DNA of 64,000 nucleotides from Anthoceros angustus (lineage: Eukaryota; Plantae; Anthocerotophyta): positions 2,170,001-2,234,000 of the forward strand of contig VJWM01000044.1 in the NCBI GenBank assembly GCA_010909165.1, written 5' to 3'. The translations under genes were made by a program, and so were the position numbers. Positions within the stretch are counted from its first letter, which is position 1, and every line of letters starts with the position of its first letter. The notes under the pieces were generated by a model that searched no databases, had not been told where the DNA came from, and worked only from the letters and a program-made list of their open reading frames with translations. Positions 51,505-62,867 of this stretch are shown one piece after another.

Positions 51505-52700
51505 AAACCGAGGTCCGCAGTTTGCAACAGCACTGTGGGACACTAGCATTCTGCAGCATCACCGCATCAGATCCGTCTTTCCTAAGGAGCTAAGCCAACT
51601 GCTCGCGAGGGCACCACGGCCGGCCGGAGGGAGGGTTGGTTGCTCCGAGTTATGCCGCCGATTGATTTGTGCTCCCACAACCGACTGACGCTTTGCATTC
51701 TCGCTCGTGCATCTCGCTTTTCCTTTGGAAAGCCAATTGCACGCAGAGGGCACCGCAGTCGGTGTCATTGGAAGAGGCGGTTGCTCGCGCAGGCAGTGGA
51801 AGGCTTTGCTCGCTTAGTGGCGGCGCCTCTCGAAACCAAGGTCTGCAGTTTGCAACAGCACTGTGGGACACTAGCATTCTGCAGATCACCGCATCAGATC
51901 CGGTCTTTCCTAAGGAGCTAAGCCAACTGTTCGGTGAGGGCACCACGGGCTGTGTCGCTGGAGGGAGGGTTGGTTGCTCCGAGTTATGCTGCTTCGCCTG
52001 CCGATTGATTTGTGCACCCACAACTGACTCTGGGACGTTTGCATTCTGCTTCTGGTGCATCTGCTCTTTTCCTTTGGAAAGCCAATTGCACGCAGAGGGC
52101 ACCGCAGGCTGTGTCATTGGAAGAGGCGGTTACCGCGCAGGCGTGGAAGGCTTTGCTCGCTTAGTGGCGTGACGAGCCGTCTCGAAACCAAGGTCTGCAG
52201 CATTGCCGGCCGCTTGACCTGCATCTCATAGGTGACTCTAGGACGGTGGCATTCGCTCGTGCATCTGCTCTTTTCCTAAGGAGCTAAGCCAATCGTTTCG
52301 GTGAGGGCACCACGGGTCGCCGGAGGGAGGGTTGGTTGCTCCGAGTTATGCCGCCGATTGATTTGTGCACCCACAACCGACTGACGCTTTGCATTCTCGC
52401 TCGCATCTCGCTTTTCCTTTGGAAAGCCAATTGCACGCAGAGGGCACCGCAGTCATTGGAAGAGGCGGTTGCTTCCGGCGCAAGTGGAAGGCTTTGCTCG
52501 CTTAGTGGCGTGACGAGCCGCTCCGAAACCAAGGTGCATATGCCGCTGCCGTGACCTGCATCTCCATAGGTGACTCTAGGACGGTGGCACCTGCATCTCG
52601 CTTTTCCTACGGCGAGCCAATTGTACGTAGAGGGCACCACAGCCGTGTCGAAGGGGGCGCTTGCTGGTAGTGGAAGGCACCGCTTAGTAGCAGATGAGCT
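51505..52700. repeat. ~330-365-bp tandem repeat, ~3.5 copies
   Basis: The anchor aaggagctaagccaa occurs at ~51583, ~51912 and ~52278, with shared ggttggttgctccgagttatgc and gaaagccaattgcacgcagagggcaccgcag blocks. Confidence 0.85.
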
Positions 52701-52972
52701 GCTCAAACCGAGGCCTTCGCCAGGGCCATAGTCTTGCAAGTGCTCGCTACACAAAGCGCCAATCCAAGTGCTAAGGGAAGTTTCTTCCAATGTTATAGTG
52801 GACTTAAAAATACTTCTTCTTTTTTCTTATATATTCTCGCACTTAATGGTCATGTAGCAAGGTAGGTAATCGCATATATAGACGAACCCCTACAAATACA
52901 TTAATTTAGAGACATTTATGAGTTTGAAAGTTATATTGAGGTTCAATAACTTGGATAAATAAAAAATTATAA

Positions 52973-53160
52973 TCGAGGTCCAAGGAAAGTAATTTTACCG
53001 AGGTCCAAGAAGAGTAAGTATACCAAGGTCCAAGAAGAGTAATTGTACCAAGGTCCAAGGAGAGTCATTATACCAAGGTCCAAGGAGAGTCATTATACCA
53101 AGGTCCAAGGAGAGTAATTATACCAAGGTCCAAGGAGAGCACTTATACCGAGGTCTAAGG
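52973..53160. repeat. ~25-bp minisatellite (taccaaggtccaaggagagtcatta), ~8 copies
   Basis: Consecutive units with no unique spacers. Confidence 0.9.
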
Positions 53161-53230
53161 AGCAGTCCATCTTTGTGTAGAGCAGATCTTCTTTTCTAAT
53201 TTGATTAGGAGTCGATCAACTTCACGCTTG

Positions 53231-53310
53231 GGTGGAAGTCTTACGACCCAATAGGTGGAAGTCGTACAACCCAATAGGTAGAAGTCTGAGGACCCAATGG
53301 GTGGAAGTTG
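53231..53310. repeat. 23-bp tandem repeat (ggtggaagtcttacgacccaata), ~3.4 copies
   Basis: Consecutive units. Confidence 0.85.
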
Positions 53311-53897
53311 TGGTCAGCATAATCTGTACGACAGTGGCTATGTTTTCACATAGTAAAATGTTCTTGGGTCATCCATAAAGTAGTCGCATCGAGTATAGGG
53401 GACCACTCAAAATTCTTGTTTGAATTGCTACTCGGTTATTCCCTTGAGTGCTCCCACCATTTCAGTGGCCAATAGTATAAATTAAACCCTAATGAGCGAA
53501 AGTTAGGAATTTGCTTTATTTCAGCGCCAAATAGAGAACCCTCATTGGCGGAAGTTTAGAATTTTTGCCGTGCAATTTTTCCCAAGTCATCAGATCTCTT
53601 GAAAGGATAATGTGAAGACTTTATAAAAAAGAACGAGATTGGGAAATCCCGGCGAAAGGAACAACCCACGACGGGGCACCAGGCCAGGAGGGGGGCGTGC
53701 CCCCGCACTAATCTACCCTATAACCCCCAATCTCTTGAAAGGAGGTGAGTAACTTATTTTCGTGGGGCGTGTGGATCCTGTCCATCTCGACTATGTGTCC
53801 AGTTGTGAGAAGTTCGGACCGGGATGCGCAAGCTACACGCGGGAGCCCGGCTCCCAAGGGCTGCCTACCGCACTCGCTGCCGTACGAGGAGAAGTCT

Positions 53898-55037
53898 ATG
53901 CTGACAATTCGGCAGCATCTCAAGCAGGCGATCCAGGAATTCCCGGGCTTGCATGAGGAGACGGCCATGTTCATGCACAATGACGGCCGCACCGTGAATC
54001 TGCTGCGAGCGGACGGCACCATTCCCGTGTACTACCAGGATGTGAAGTACAACATCCCTATCACCATATGGCTTCTCGAAGCGTATCCCAGGAACCCGCC
54101 CTTGGTGTCTGTATCGCCTACCAGGGACATGGTCATCCAGCCGCGCCATCCCTGCGTGAATCCCTCCGGGATGGTGTCGGTGCCTTATTTGAGACAGTGG
54201 CTGTACCCGCGCTCCAACCTGGTGGAGCTGGTGCAGAATTTGTCTCTCGCCTTCGGCCGGGATCCGCCGCTCTACTCCCGGCTCCCGGCGGTCCCTTCCT
54301 GCCCTCCTCCCCCGGTCTGGGCTCCCTTCCACGGCAGGAATCCCATGCTCAGGGCCGGGCCCTATGCAAATTCCTCCCAGATAAGACCCTTCCCTCCCCA
54401 CGCCTCCTCCCTCCAGCAGCAGCATCAGCAGCCGCAGCATCGGCAACAGCAGCAGCAGCATCAGCAGCAGAAGCAGGCGGCTCCCCCGCAGGAGCCCGGG
54501 GAGGTGAAGAGGAACGCAGTGAGCTCGATCACAGCCAGGCTGCAGCGGGACTCGGAGGAGCTCATCACGGAGAGGGCGCGGGAGTTGGAGAACCTGTGCA
54601 ACATGCAGTCCGTGCTGAACCGCAGGGCGGAGGAGATCGACACGGGGGTGCGGGAGCTGCAGCAGGAGAAGGAGGGGCTGGAGGCCCACCTCCTGGTGCT
54701 CCTCAGCAACACGGATGTGCAGGAGTCGTGGCTCAAGCAGAACGACAAGGGGTTGGAGGACATAGTCATAGACCAACTGCTGGAGCCCGCCGACGCCCTG
54801 TCCAAGCAGCTGCTGGAGTGCACTGCTGCCGACTTCGCCGTGGAGGACATCTTCTACTCTCTAGACAGGGCCGCCCAGGAGGGTGCTATCCCCGTAGACC
54901 TGTACCTGAAGCAAGTCCGGAGCCTGGCTCGTGAGCAATTCTTCCACCGGGCTTCTTGTGTCAAGGTGAAGCAAGCGCAGGTGTCACAACAAGTTGGAGC
55001 TCTGGCAGCTCGGGCCAACCAACACTTTAGCGTGTAA
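53898..55037 (+). CDS. ELC: ELC/TSG101 copy 2, 5'-truncated chimeric duplicate (379 aa from ATG 53898; alternative in-frame ATG at 53793)
   Basis: Open frame homologous to ELC1 from ~53868 (P-H-SLPYEE) to the stop. It lacks the first ~25 codons of ELC1 and has an in-frame deletion of the [17 protein letters not shown] linker. The 3' flank is homologous to the ELC1 flank up to ~55598. Confidence 0.75.
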   Translation: MLTIRQHLKQAIQEFPGLHEETAMFMHNDGRTVNLLRADGTIPVYYQDVKYNIPITIWLLEAYPRNPPLVSVSPTRDMVIQPRHPCVNPSGMVSVPYLRQWLYPRSNLVELVQNLSLAFGRDPPLYSRLPAVPSCPPPPVWAPFHGRNPMLRAGPYANSSQIRPFPPHASSLQQQHQQPQHRQQQQQHQQQKQAAPPQEPGEVKRNAVSSITARLQRDSEELITERARELENLCNMQSVLNRRAEEIDTGVRELQQEKEGLEAHLLVLLSNTDVQESWLKQNDKGLEDIVIDQLLEPADALSKQLLECTAADFAVEDIFYSLDRAAQEGAIPVDLYLKQVRSLAREQFFHRASCVKVKQAQVSQQVGALAARANQHFSV

Positions 55038-55912
55038 CCTTCCTCTACGTTGCCCTTGCCCTTGCCCCAAATTCTACTTGTGCAAATTTGCTACATTCAA
55101 ATTTTGACACTCTTTCTCGATATTTATTACCTAGGCTAGTTGGTGCGGGGCTCCATCCTCTGTTTCTCCGTGCTTCACGTCAGGCACTTGGGCACATAGG
55201 AAATGCTATCACAGCAGAAAACTCAGCAGTTCACTGAGTTTTGCAACCAGCATAACCGACGCTTATAGCTCTAAAAAAACAATGGCGGCCACAATACCTG
55301 TTGTTCAGGATACTTGGGAAGTCCCTCTTCTTCTTCTTCCAGCTTTGTTATCACATGCTGCTCTGTTCATTCCTCCACTGCAAAGCGCCCCCCTCGTTGT
55401 CTCTACATTTCGGTTTTCTACCCTTGTTTTCCAGCAGCCAACAGGAAAGTATTGTTATTTAACCTAGATTCAACATATATCTATTTCTAAGGAAATACCT
55501 ACGTGTACATTTCCTGTTGTTTCTACCTAAAATAGAAGTCTATTTATCAGTATCACTTCCGCTTCTTCTGGGAGTTTCCCTTTCAAGGCCTGCGGAGCCT
55601 ATATAAGTACGGTGGAGAGTTAAGTCCTGCGCTAAGTAAACATATTTGCGAGCAAGCGTACGCGATTATCCTTCTGAGTGCTCCCGCCATACCATCGGCC
55701 AATACCACGAAACAAAATCAAATCAATTAAAAGAAATACACAAGAGCAAACCGTAATTCCCGTAAGTTCGAAATGTTTTCGTTCCACCTCACTTCACCGA
55801 GGTAAGTAACTTGCTTCTGTTTCTGGCTGGTCGTTTAGCCTCTGTCGCGCCCGTGCGTCCTGTTGTAACAAGCCTGGACTGTGATGCGCTCGCTACACGC
55901 AGTACCCGGGCA

Positions 55913-58900
55913 ATGGAGGTCCAGAAATCTTTCCCCAGGTCCTCCTTTCCATTGACGCCCAGCGTCGTCGGAGGGGTGAATGCCAAGTCCAAACCCGTGC
56001 TGTTATCTGCCAAACCTCGACGGATCCCGGCCCAGGACCGGTGACAGTGCTATTACCCTCTGAATGAATCTGAGATTCGACTGAGATTATAACTTGTTGG
56101 TTGTGGATTGTGGGTTTGAATGTGATGATCCATTCATGGTCTGGTGAAATCCCCGTGTGTGGGAACAAAGTTTGTGGAATTGGTGCCTGGGTCTGGATGG
56201 TCCGGAGGAAGTAATGGGTTCCCGCTTCCGGGTTTGAAGTTCTTTTTTTGTTTCTGTCTGAATTGCAGCTGTCGACAAGGAGCGATGGTGGGTTGCAATT
56301 CTGGCACGTTCGAAAATCGTGTCTATCGTCCTCAGTCCAGCCAGAGTAGGAGGCAGATGGGCACCACCAAAGCGGTGAGTGGTGATTGTCTCTGCTCCGT
56401 AGTGATCCTGGATCTTACTTCATGGAGGTTATAAACTTGTTGATGACAATTGCTGAAATTGCAGGATTCGGCACTGAATTCCCTGAAGAGTGGTTGTGCA
56501 GTTCCTGCCAATCAGGAACTCATCCATTCAGTCACGGCCTTCGGGTCGGCGGTGCTGATTTCTGCTCGTGGCACGATTATCGAAGACCAACGTGTCGAGG
56601 CGCAACCTGAGGCACAGCAGGTTAATGGAGCACTGAGTCTTGCGTATGTTCCACATCTCACTGACTGGCTTGGCCAAGATCTTGCGGTATGTATGTGCAT
56701 CCAATTCCTTGCATGTCATACTTAAAGCCTCGGTGACTGCGTAATTGAATCATCTATTAAGGGTTAGGTGATGGATTTCCTTTTTGTTATGCCGTGTCCT
56801 GCAGGCAATGCCAAGCCCTTTGAAGTAAGATTCCAACTGAATGCCGGGACGGGCTAGGTGCTTTAAGTCACATGTAATTTTTGTGCAAGTAATTTAAATT
56901 TTTATATTTTGAATCTTTCTTTTATCTCTTCCTTTTCCATTGCTAGGAAGCGCTTCGTGGAAGAAGATGAAGTGGTGCTTGAGAATGTAAGTATGTTAAA
57001 AGCTTTTAGAGCATTTGTTATTTTTAAGTGTTTAATAATAATTTATATATTATCTAATTTTTTTAATTATTTATACTTTGTAGATTACATTGAATCAAAA
57101 CACTCCAATTAGGGGTCAACTTTGTTTCAAACTAGCTGGTCCAAGAGATAAGGTATTTCTGAGTGTATCATTTTAAACCCTTGTCTTGCTAGGACTTATG
57201 ATTATGGTAATAACTTGTATATGATGGTTTAGGTCTATTTTGCACCTTATGAAGTTCGAGCCTGCATTGTTACAAGCGGAGGTTTATGCCCTGGATTAAA
57301 CACAATAATCCGTGAAATAGTATGTGGATTGCGGTCCCAATATGGTGTTCATAATATTGTCGGGATCAAGGTATAAGAATCTAATAATATTGACTTGAAT
57401 TCATTATTATTGCGATGATAATGAAAGAAATTGGATTGCATTGATGAACAAACATGATTGGTTTTCAGGGAGGCTATAATGGCTTCTATGACGGAAATAC
57501 TATAGCTCTAGATCTTAATGTCGTCAATGACATTCATAAACGCGGCGGTACGATTCTTGGAACCTCGAGAAATGGATATGATGTAATAAAAATTTGTAAT
57601 AATATTCAAGATCGCGAAATAAACCAGGTCACATTGAAATGTATTGTGTTTTATTTTTTTACATTCAATATTTGTGTATCTAAGCTATGGATAACACTTA
57701 ATAGAGCCCATATCACATCTTTTATGTTTTGATTGATGTTAATATTATCAGGTGTATATTGTTGGCAATGATGAAGTACAAATAATCGCCCATAAAATTC
57801 ATGAGGTACTTACTAACGTTTATGTATCCTTGATGGTAAAAAATGAGATGTTACAAACTGTGTTCTCATGCATGAGTTACTAAGAGTTAGAAGTTTCTTC
57901 ACAGGAGTTACAAAGTCGCAAGTTGAAAGTGGTTGTAGCGGGTATTCTAAGGAGAATCGACAATGATCTTCCCGTATGTTATTAGTCATCTTTTGTACCA
58001 AATTTTTCATTTTTCATTTTTCAAGATAAAACTTCTAATTAGTGATTTCTTAATTCATGATTTTCTACAGATAGTTGATAAGTCATTTGGGTTTGCGACT
58101 GTCATTGAACAAGCTCAACGAGCAATACATGCTGCATATGTTGAAGCTGAGAGTGCACGAGGAGGAACAGTTGTAATTGTGAAAGTGGCTGGGCGTGAAA
58201 GTGGTAAGACTGAGTCCAATACATACAAAACCTTTACCATTCATATGTAATTGAAAGTGGTAAGACTATGTTCAATACATACAAAATCTTCACCATTCAT
58301 ATGTAGATGACACAAAATCTTTACCGTTCATATGTAATTGATGTAATGTTCATGTTTATATCTATTTTACATGTAGGTTTTATCGCAACATATGCTTCAC
58401 TTGCTAGTGGTGATGTAGTAAGTTACCATATCCCTTGCTTTATACACCAATTATGAAAAATTATCTTTTTGCTGTTTGTTTTTCTTTTAGCAACTATAAT
58501 CTATATTATAAGAATTTAGAAAGGACTGTTTTGAAAGTGCCTTGGTACATTCTTGTTCATGTACAGGATCTTTGTCTCATACCTGAGGTTCCCTTCTACT
58601 TGGAGGGGCCTGGAGGCTTGTATGACTTTGTCCAAAAGAGAATGAAGGAAAAAGGACATGTAGTTATAGTGGCCGCAGAAGGTGCAGGTCAAACTTTAAT
58701 CCAAACAGAAAAAGAAAAAGAAATTGGCATCCATAATCATGATATTTCTAGCAATTCTAATTATGATGTTGGTGTATGGCTGTCAAACAAACTCAAGGTA
58801 ATACATTTGATTCCACCAAGCATATAAATCTTTACGGGATTTTTTTCGGCTCTTAGATAATATCAAGCTTGTTTTATTATGTACAGACACATCTAAAGGA

Positions 58901-59477
58901 TAACGAAAGCAAATCCTTGTCTATCAGATGTATTGGTAAGAGTTATTATGATATATAACTGGATTTCATATATTAGTTTAATTAACATTCACGAATGACT
59001 TTTATATCGTCTAGGTAATCATGCTTTTTATATTTTTTTTGATGAAAAATTAGATCCTTCGTATATCATTCGAGTTAATCCAAGCAATGCCTCGGACAAC
59101 GTCTTATGTACACTACTTGCCGATAGTGCAATTCATGGAGCCATGGCAGGTTTTTCAGGATTTGCAACAGGAGTTGTTAATGAAAAGGAGGTTTACATAC
59201 CTATGCAGGTAATGTAGTTATGTCAGTAATTTGTTTTTCATCTGTGATACATATTTGTGATAATTATAAAAAAAATATTTTAGATCAACTACTAATTTTT
59301 CTTTCATCCATGTTGTGGATGTAGATGTTGGCACAAGGAAGGAAACGAGTTAATATCGATGATAAGATATGGGACAATCTTGTATGTTCGACTCATCAAC
59401 CAAATTTTGAACCTAGTTCGAAACTTAGTTTAACTTCTAAGGCTAATGCTGCACACCCTAAACTAGCTAAAGGTTAA
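55913..59477 (+). CDS. PFK: 6-phosphofructokinase family protein (plant ATP-PFK type) with non-canonical catalytic motifs, ~16 exons, long N-terminal extension
   Basis: [91 protein letters not shown] and HGAMAG. GT-AG exons join in frame to TAA at 59475-59477. The start and the first exons are less certain. Confidence 0.85.
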
Positions 59478-59852
59478 ACTTTTATATTCAATCAATCAAC
59501 CCTGTTTAATAAAACTCTTACTACACATACTTAATAATTTAATTCCTGCATACCCGATTCCAAGTCCAATGAACTACCTAGGTAAATTACGGTTATTCCT
59601 GGCCCTCTGAAGTAGATGTCTTTCGGTCTACTTGGGGTTTTCTTCGACCTTCCCCCATCCCATTCCCCCACTAATCCGCCTTGGGAGGCATCATTCGTAC
59701 AACGTCCGTGGTATCAGGCCTCTCAAGAGTATGATTATCATACTCTTGCTAGCACTTCACACAAGATCGATGCACAAACATGCTTTCCAACAACAGAACG
59801 AAAAACAAAAACGGGTTCAAATGCACCACACCAGTGTCTATCCCTGGCGCTG

Positions 59853-62800
59853 TTAGATTAAGACATACGTTTCATGGTTTCCACCAGTAAAAGAACCATA
59901 CAATGACTGAGACCTCTTGAAATTGTGCGGATTAGAAATTCTATACGGCCTGGGTTCTGCTCCCTTTGACTCCTGCTCCATTCCACTGCTGACAGTGTCA
60001 TGTAGTTGAGTGCCATGAAGAGAGCCAAAGACTTGGACACTCAACTTGCTCCGCTTGGAGCCAGATCGATGGAGGTTCTCGGAGAAAAAGCTGAGCAACT
60101 CCTTCCGATTCACATTCTGAAGGGCAGCCACTTCAATCTCTGCCCTATTGAAAAGAAGAGTGCCATGTTCAATTTCCGTGAGGAAAAAAATGCTTTCTTC
60201 CCACAAGTTTTTGTGTTTTTCTAACTTGATATCTGTCAAGGCATCTACATGCTTTTGAAACTCGTCGTCGGTTATGTTCTGCAAGGTACTCTCCATGGAC
60301 TGGAGGAATACCTCTACCCGTTCATCAAGCCCCTGAGGGTCCTTCACAGTTGACTGTATGATGAACTGGATTCCTCGTATCCCGTAGTCATTGCGGGGAA
60401 CCAGAGCAACAACATAACCAAGCTGCTCCACCGATCTCAGCTGGTGAAATACTTCCCTTTTGGCTATCAGATGGAATAAGTCGAGGAGTACATTAATCCG
60501 GGGATCATCTTGACTCACTTGAAGATAAAGCAACAGGGCTGAGTTCTCATCCTGAGGATTGAGACCAGCTGCCGAGTAACAGAAATTACCACCTGCATCC
60601 AGCTTCACAATCCTACGCTCCAGGTGCTGAGAGGAATAGAGTGCACGTGCCTTCACCTTCGATCCTTCTTGCAGCATCATCTCGAACTTCTCTATCAAGT
60701 TCTCTGCATCATGTCCGGGCAAGTTCCCAGCAACGTAGCATTCCAAAAATACTCGAGAAAGGATGCGGGTATACACAGACTCCAAATCCTTCACTTCGAG
60801 TGATGGCAGAACGTCAATATACTCGCGGATATCCCAACGTTTATGCTCTAGAAGCAAATTACTATAGTATAAAACCTGTTGATATGGCTGTTGGAACTTG
60901 AAGTTCAACAGGTCTCGCATCACCTTTTCCTTCACTATGTTGAAGCGATCCTCCTTCACTTCAAAATTCACTACTTTTTCCAAAATCATCTCTGCCAGAA
61001 TAGTCAACTTGTGATTATATCCAGATACATAAATCCTGAATCCAGTCACTGTACTGTGAATGTCATAGCTAAGACCTGCCACCTCTGCATAGTATGCAAA
61101 CTCATTCAAGTAATCCACAAGCAAATTTGTGAAGATACGTGTTAGTATGCTACTCTCAGGAGAGCAGTAAGCCTCGGGACAGGTGAACTCCAGCTGTATG
61201 TGGGCCTTCGGTGTGCGGAAGATGGGATCTGGCTTGTACCACAGCCTTGACATAGATGTCCGCCTTAACAGAGATGGATACTTTGCAGTTGAACTCGCAT
61301 CTATCAGGTCAAAATTACTTGGTATAAATAAGTTGGGAGATGGCAAGTGAAGTCTGGGATCAGATTCTTGACTTGCCCACTGTTGCAATAACTCCTTGTC
61401 AATCCTTTCAATTGAAAACGGAGTTCCATACCAGGGCTCTACACTAGTAGTTTTCCCTTCAAACAATTGAGAATGCCAGAATATACGAACATTTTCAACG
61501 GTTAGAAGGTCGACCAACTCCTTGATACTCGCAGCATCAAATTCTTGAAGCAAGTATGGTCCAGCAAGCCAGTCTTGTGGAGGAAACAGCTGCATGTTAG
61601 CGGCAAGGCCTGTAACATACGACACAGGGGGCCGCTTGTCCTGAAAGTGAAACTTCGTATCCCACACAGCTCGTACCTCCTCAAATTCCCATTCAGATAC
61701 ACCTTCCTTTCGCAAGATGGCCAGGTACTGAAAAGCAAATGCAACGATTTCTGCCATGTGCTCTTGCCCCACATCTGTTAGTTCAATCTGGATCACAACA
61801 AAAGAGAAGAACGCAGTTCTCTCCACTTCACCGGCGCTGAGACTATTAGCCCAGCCAAGATCCTTCAGGAGAGCAAATAAAGAACCTTCACCTTCATGCC
61901 CTATCAGATGTGCAAGATAACGACAAGGCCCTGACTTATACTTCTCGATCTGAGGAGGAATAGGCCAGATCAACTCTAAACTGTGCCCTACTTTCACGGG
62001 AGTAGATTTGACAATGATTTGCAGATGCTCTGGAAGGCAAGGTTGACCTGAGAACGAGAGGGGTTTTATGCCAGAGTTTTTAATGTAGCTGAATTTCTGA
62101 GTCAGAAGCTGCTGCAGTACATCCAAACTCTCTTTCCCGTACACAACCAATCGCATAAGATTCGCAGAATAATTAGCATGATAAAACTTCACCAGCTCCT
62201 CCCGAGTGTCCACTCCTCGTTTCTTAGGCAAAACATCCAGAGTTTCTATATTCCCTGTCCCAAACTTGTGATAAGGGTGGTCCTCGCAGCTCACCGACTT
62301 CCATAACTGATTGATGCGCCATGGATCTGACACCAGGTTCTTGCTGTTCTCTGAGTCGACAGCATTAATCTCCCTCGACACTGCATCTGGAGAGAACAAG
62401 GGGCCAATGAAAAATTGAGCAAACCTGTCAAGCGCTTCATCCAAGTGATCAGCATTGACGTCTAAGTGGAAATTGGTGTACTCTGCACCCGTAAACGCAT
62501 TGGCGTGGCCGCCATGCTCAGCCAGGAACTTTGAGTAACTGTCCTCCACAGGATACTTCTCGCTAGAAAAGAACAGCATGTGCTCCAGAAAGTGAGCCAG
62601 GCCCTCCAGCCCTACCGGATCGCTGAAAGACCCAACGTTTACACTTAACGAAGCTGCTGCCTTGTCTGTCTCTGGATCACTGACCAGCAGCGCCTCCAGC
62701 TCATTCGGGAGCACCACTCTGCGATACTGTCTCGTGTCATTCCGAGCCTTGACGATCACAGTATCACGATCAGCTGCCTTGCTGCCCTCCTGAATGCAGA

Positions 62801-62867
62801 TGGGAAGAGGCTCAGAACCGCTGGTCACCTCTGCCGGCTGTTCTGAACAAGGCTGCGCACGCTCCAT
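59853..62867 (-). CDS. Insulin-degrading enzyme-like M16A metallopeptidase (PXM16-like), intronless, 1004 aa
   Basis: Inverzincin motif GLAHFLEHMLF, EINAVDSE, HPYHKFGTGN, HLIGHEGEGSL and FHQLRSVEQLGY in one uninterrupted ORF. Confidence 0.95.
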   Translation of the reverse strand: MERAQPCSEQPAEVTSGSEPLPICIQEGSKAADRDTVIVKARNDTRQYRRVVLPNELEALLVSDPETDKAAASLSVNVGSFSDPVGLEGLAHFLEHMLFFSSEKYPVEDSYSKFLAEHGGHANAFTGAEYTNFHLDVNADHLDEALDRFAQFFIGPLFSPDAVSREINAVDSENSKNLVSDPWRINQLWKSVSCEDHPYHKFGTGNIETLDVLPKKRGVDTREELVKFYHANYSANLMRLVVYGKESLDVLQQLLTQKFSYIKNSGIKPLSFSGQPCLPEHLQIIVKSTPVKVGHSLELIWPIPPQIEKYKSGPCRYLAHLIGHEGEGSLFALLKDLGWANSLSAGEVERTAFFSFVVIQIELTDVGQEHMAEIVAFAFQYLAILRKEGVSEWEFEEVRAVWDTKFHFQDKRPPVSYVTGLAANMQLFPPQDWLAGPYLLQEFDAASIKELVDLLTVENVRIFWHSQLFEGKTTSVEPWYGTPFSIERIDKELLQQWASQESDPRLHLPSPNLFIPSNFDLIDASSTAKYPSLLRRTSMSRLWYKPDPIFRTPKAHIQLEFTCPEAYCSPESSILTRIFTNLLVDYLNEFAYYAEVAGLSYDIHSTVTGFRIYVSGYNHKLTILAEMILEKVVNFEVKEDRFNIVKEKVMRDLLNFKFQQPYQQVLYYSNLLLEHKRWDIREYIDVLPSLEVKDLESVYTRILSRVFLECYVAGNLPGHDAENLIEKFEMMLQEGSKVKARALYSSQHLERRIVKLDAGGNFCYSAAGLNPQDENSALLLYLQVSQDDPRINVLLDLFHLIAKREVFHQLRSVEQLGYVVALVPRNDYGIRGIQFIIQSTVKDPQGLDERVEVFLQSMESTLQNITDDEFQKHVDALTDIKLEKHKNLWEESIFFLTEIEHGTLLFNRAEIEVAALQNVNRKELLSFFSENLHRSGSKRSKLSVQVFGSLHGTQLHDTVSSGMEQESKGAEPRPYRISNPHNFKRSQSLYGSFTGGNHETYVLI

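Noticed and set aside
52973-53310. Short regularly spaced repeats as a CRISPR array (also 305-560 and 20172-20310)
   Set aside because: The units are head-to-tail with no unique spacers, there are no cas genes, and the context is eukaryotic. They are minisatellites.
56826-56840. U-to-C RNA editing as a rescue of the PFK stop codons
   Set aside because: Such editing is organellar, and this is a nuclear spliceosomal gene. An in-phase alternative donor explains it more simply.
15503-62867. BURP precursor and M16 peptidase as a biosynthetic gene cluster
   Set aside because: They are over 40 kb apart with unrelated genes between them. BURP is secreted, while the peptidase has no signal peptide. 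Nothing links them.
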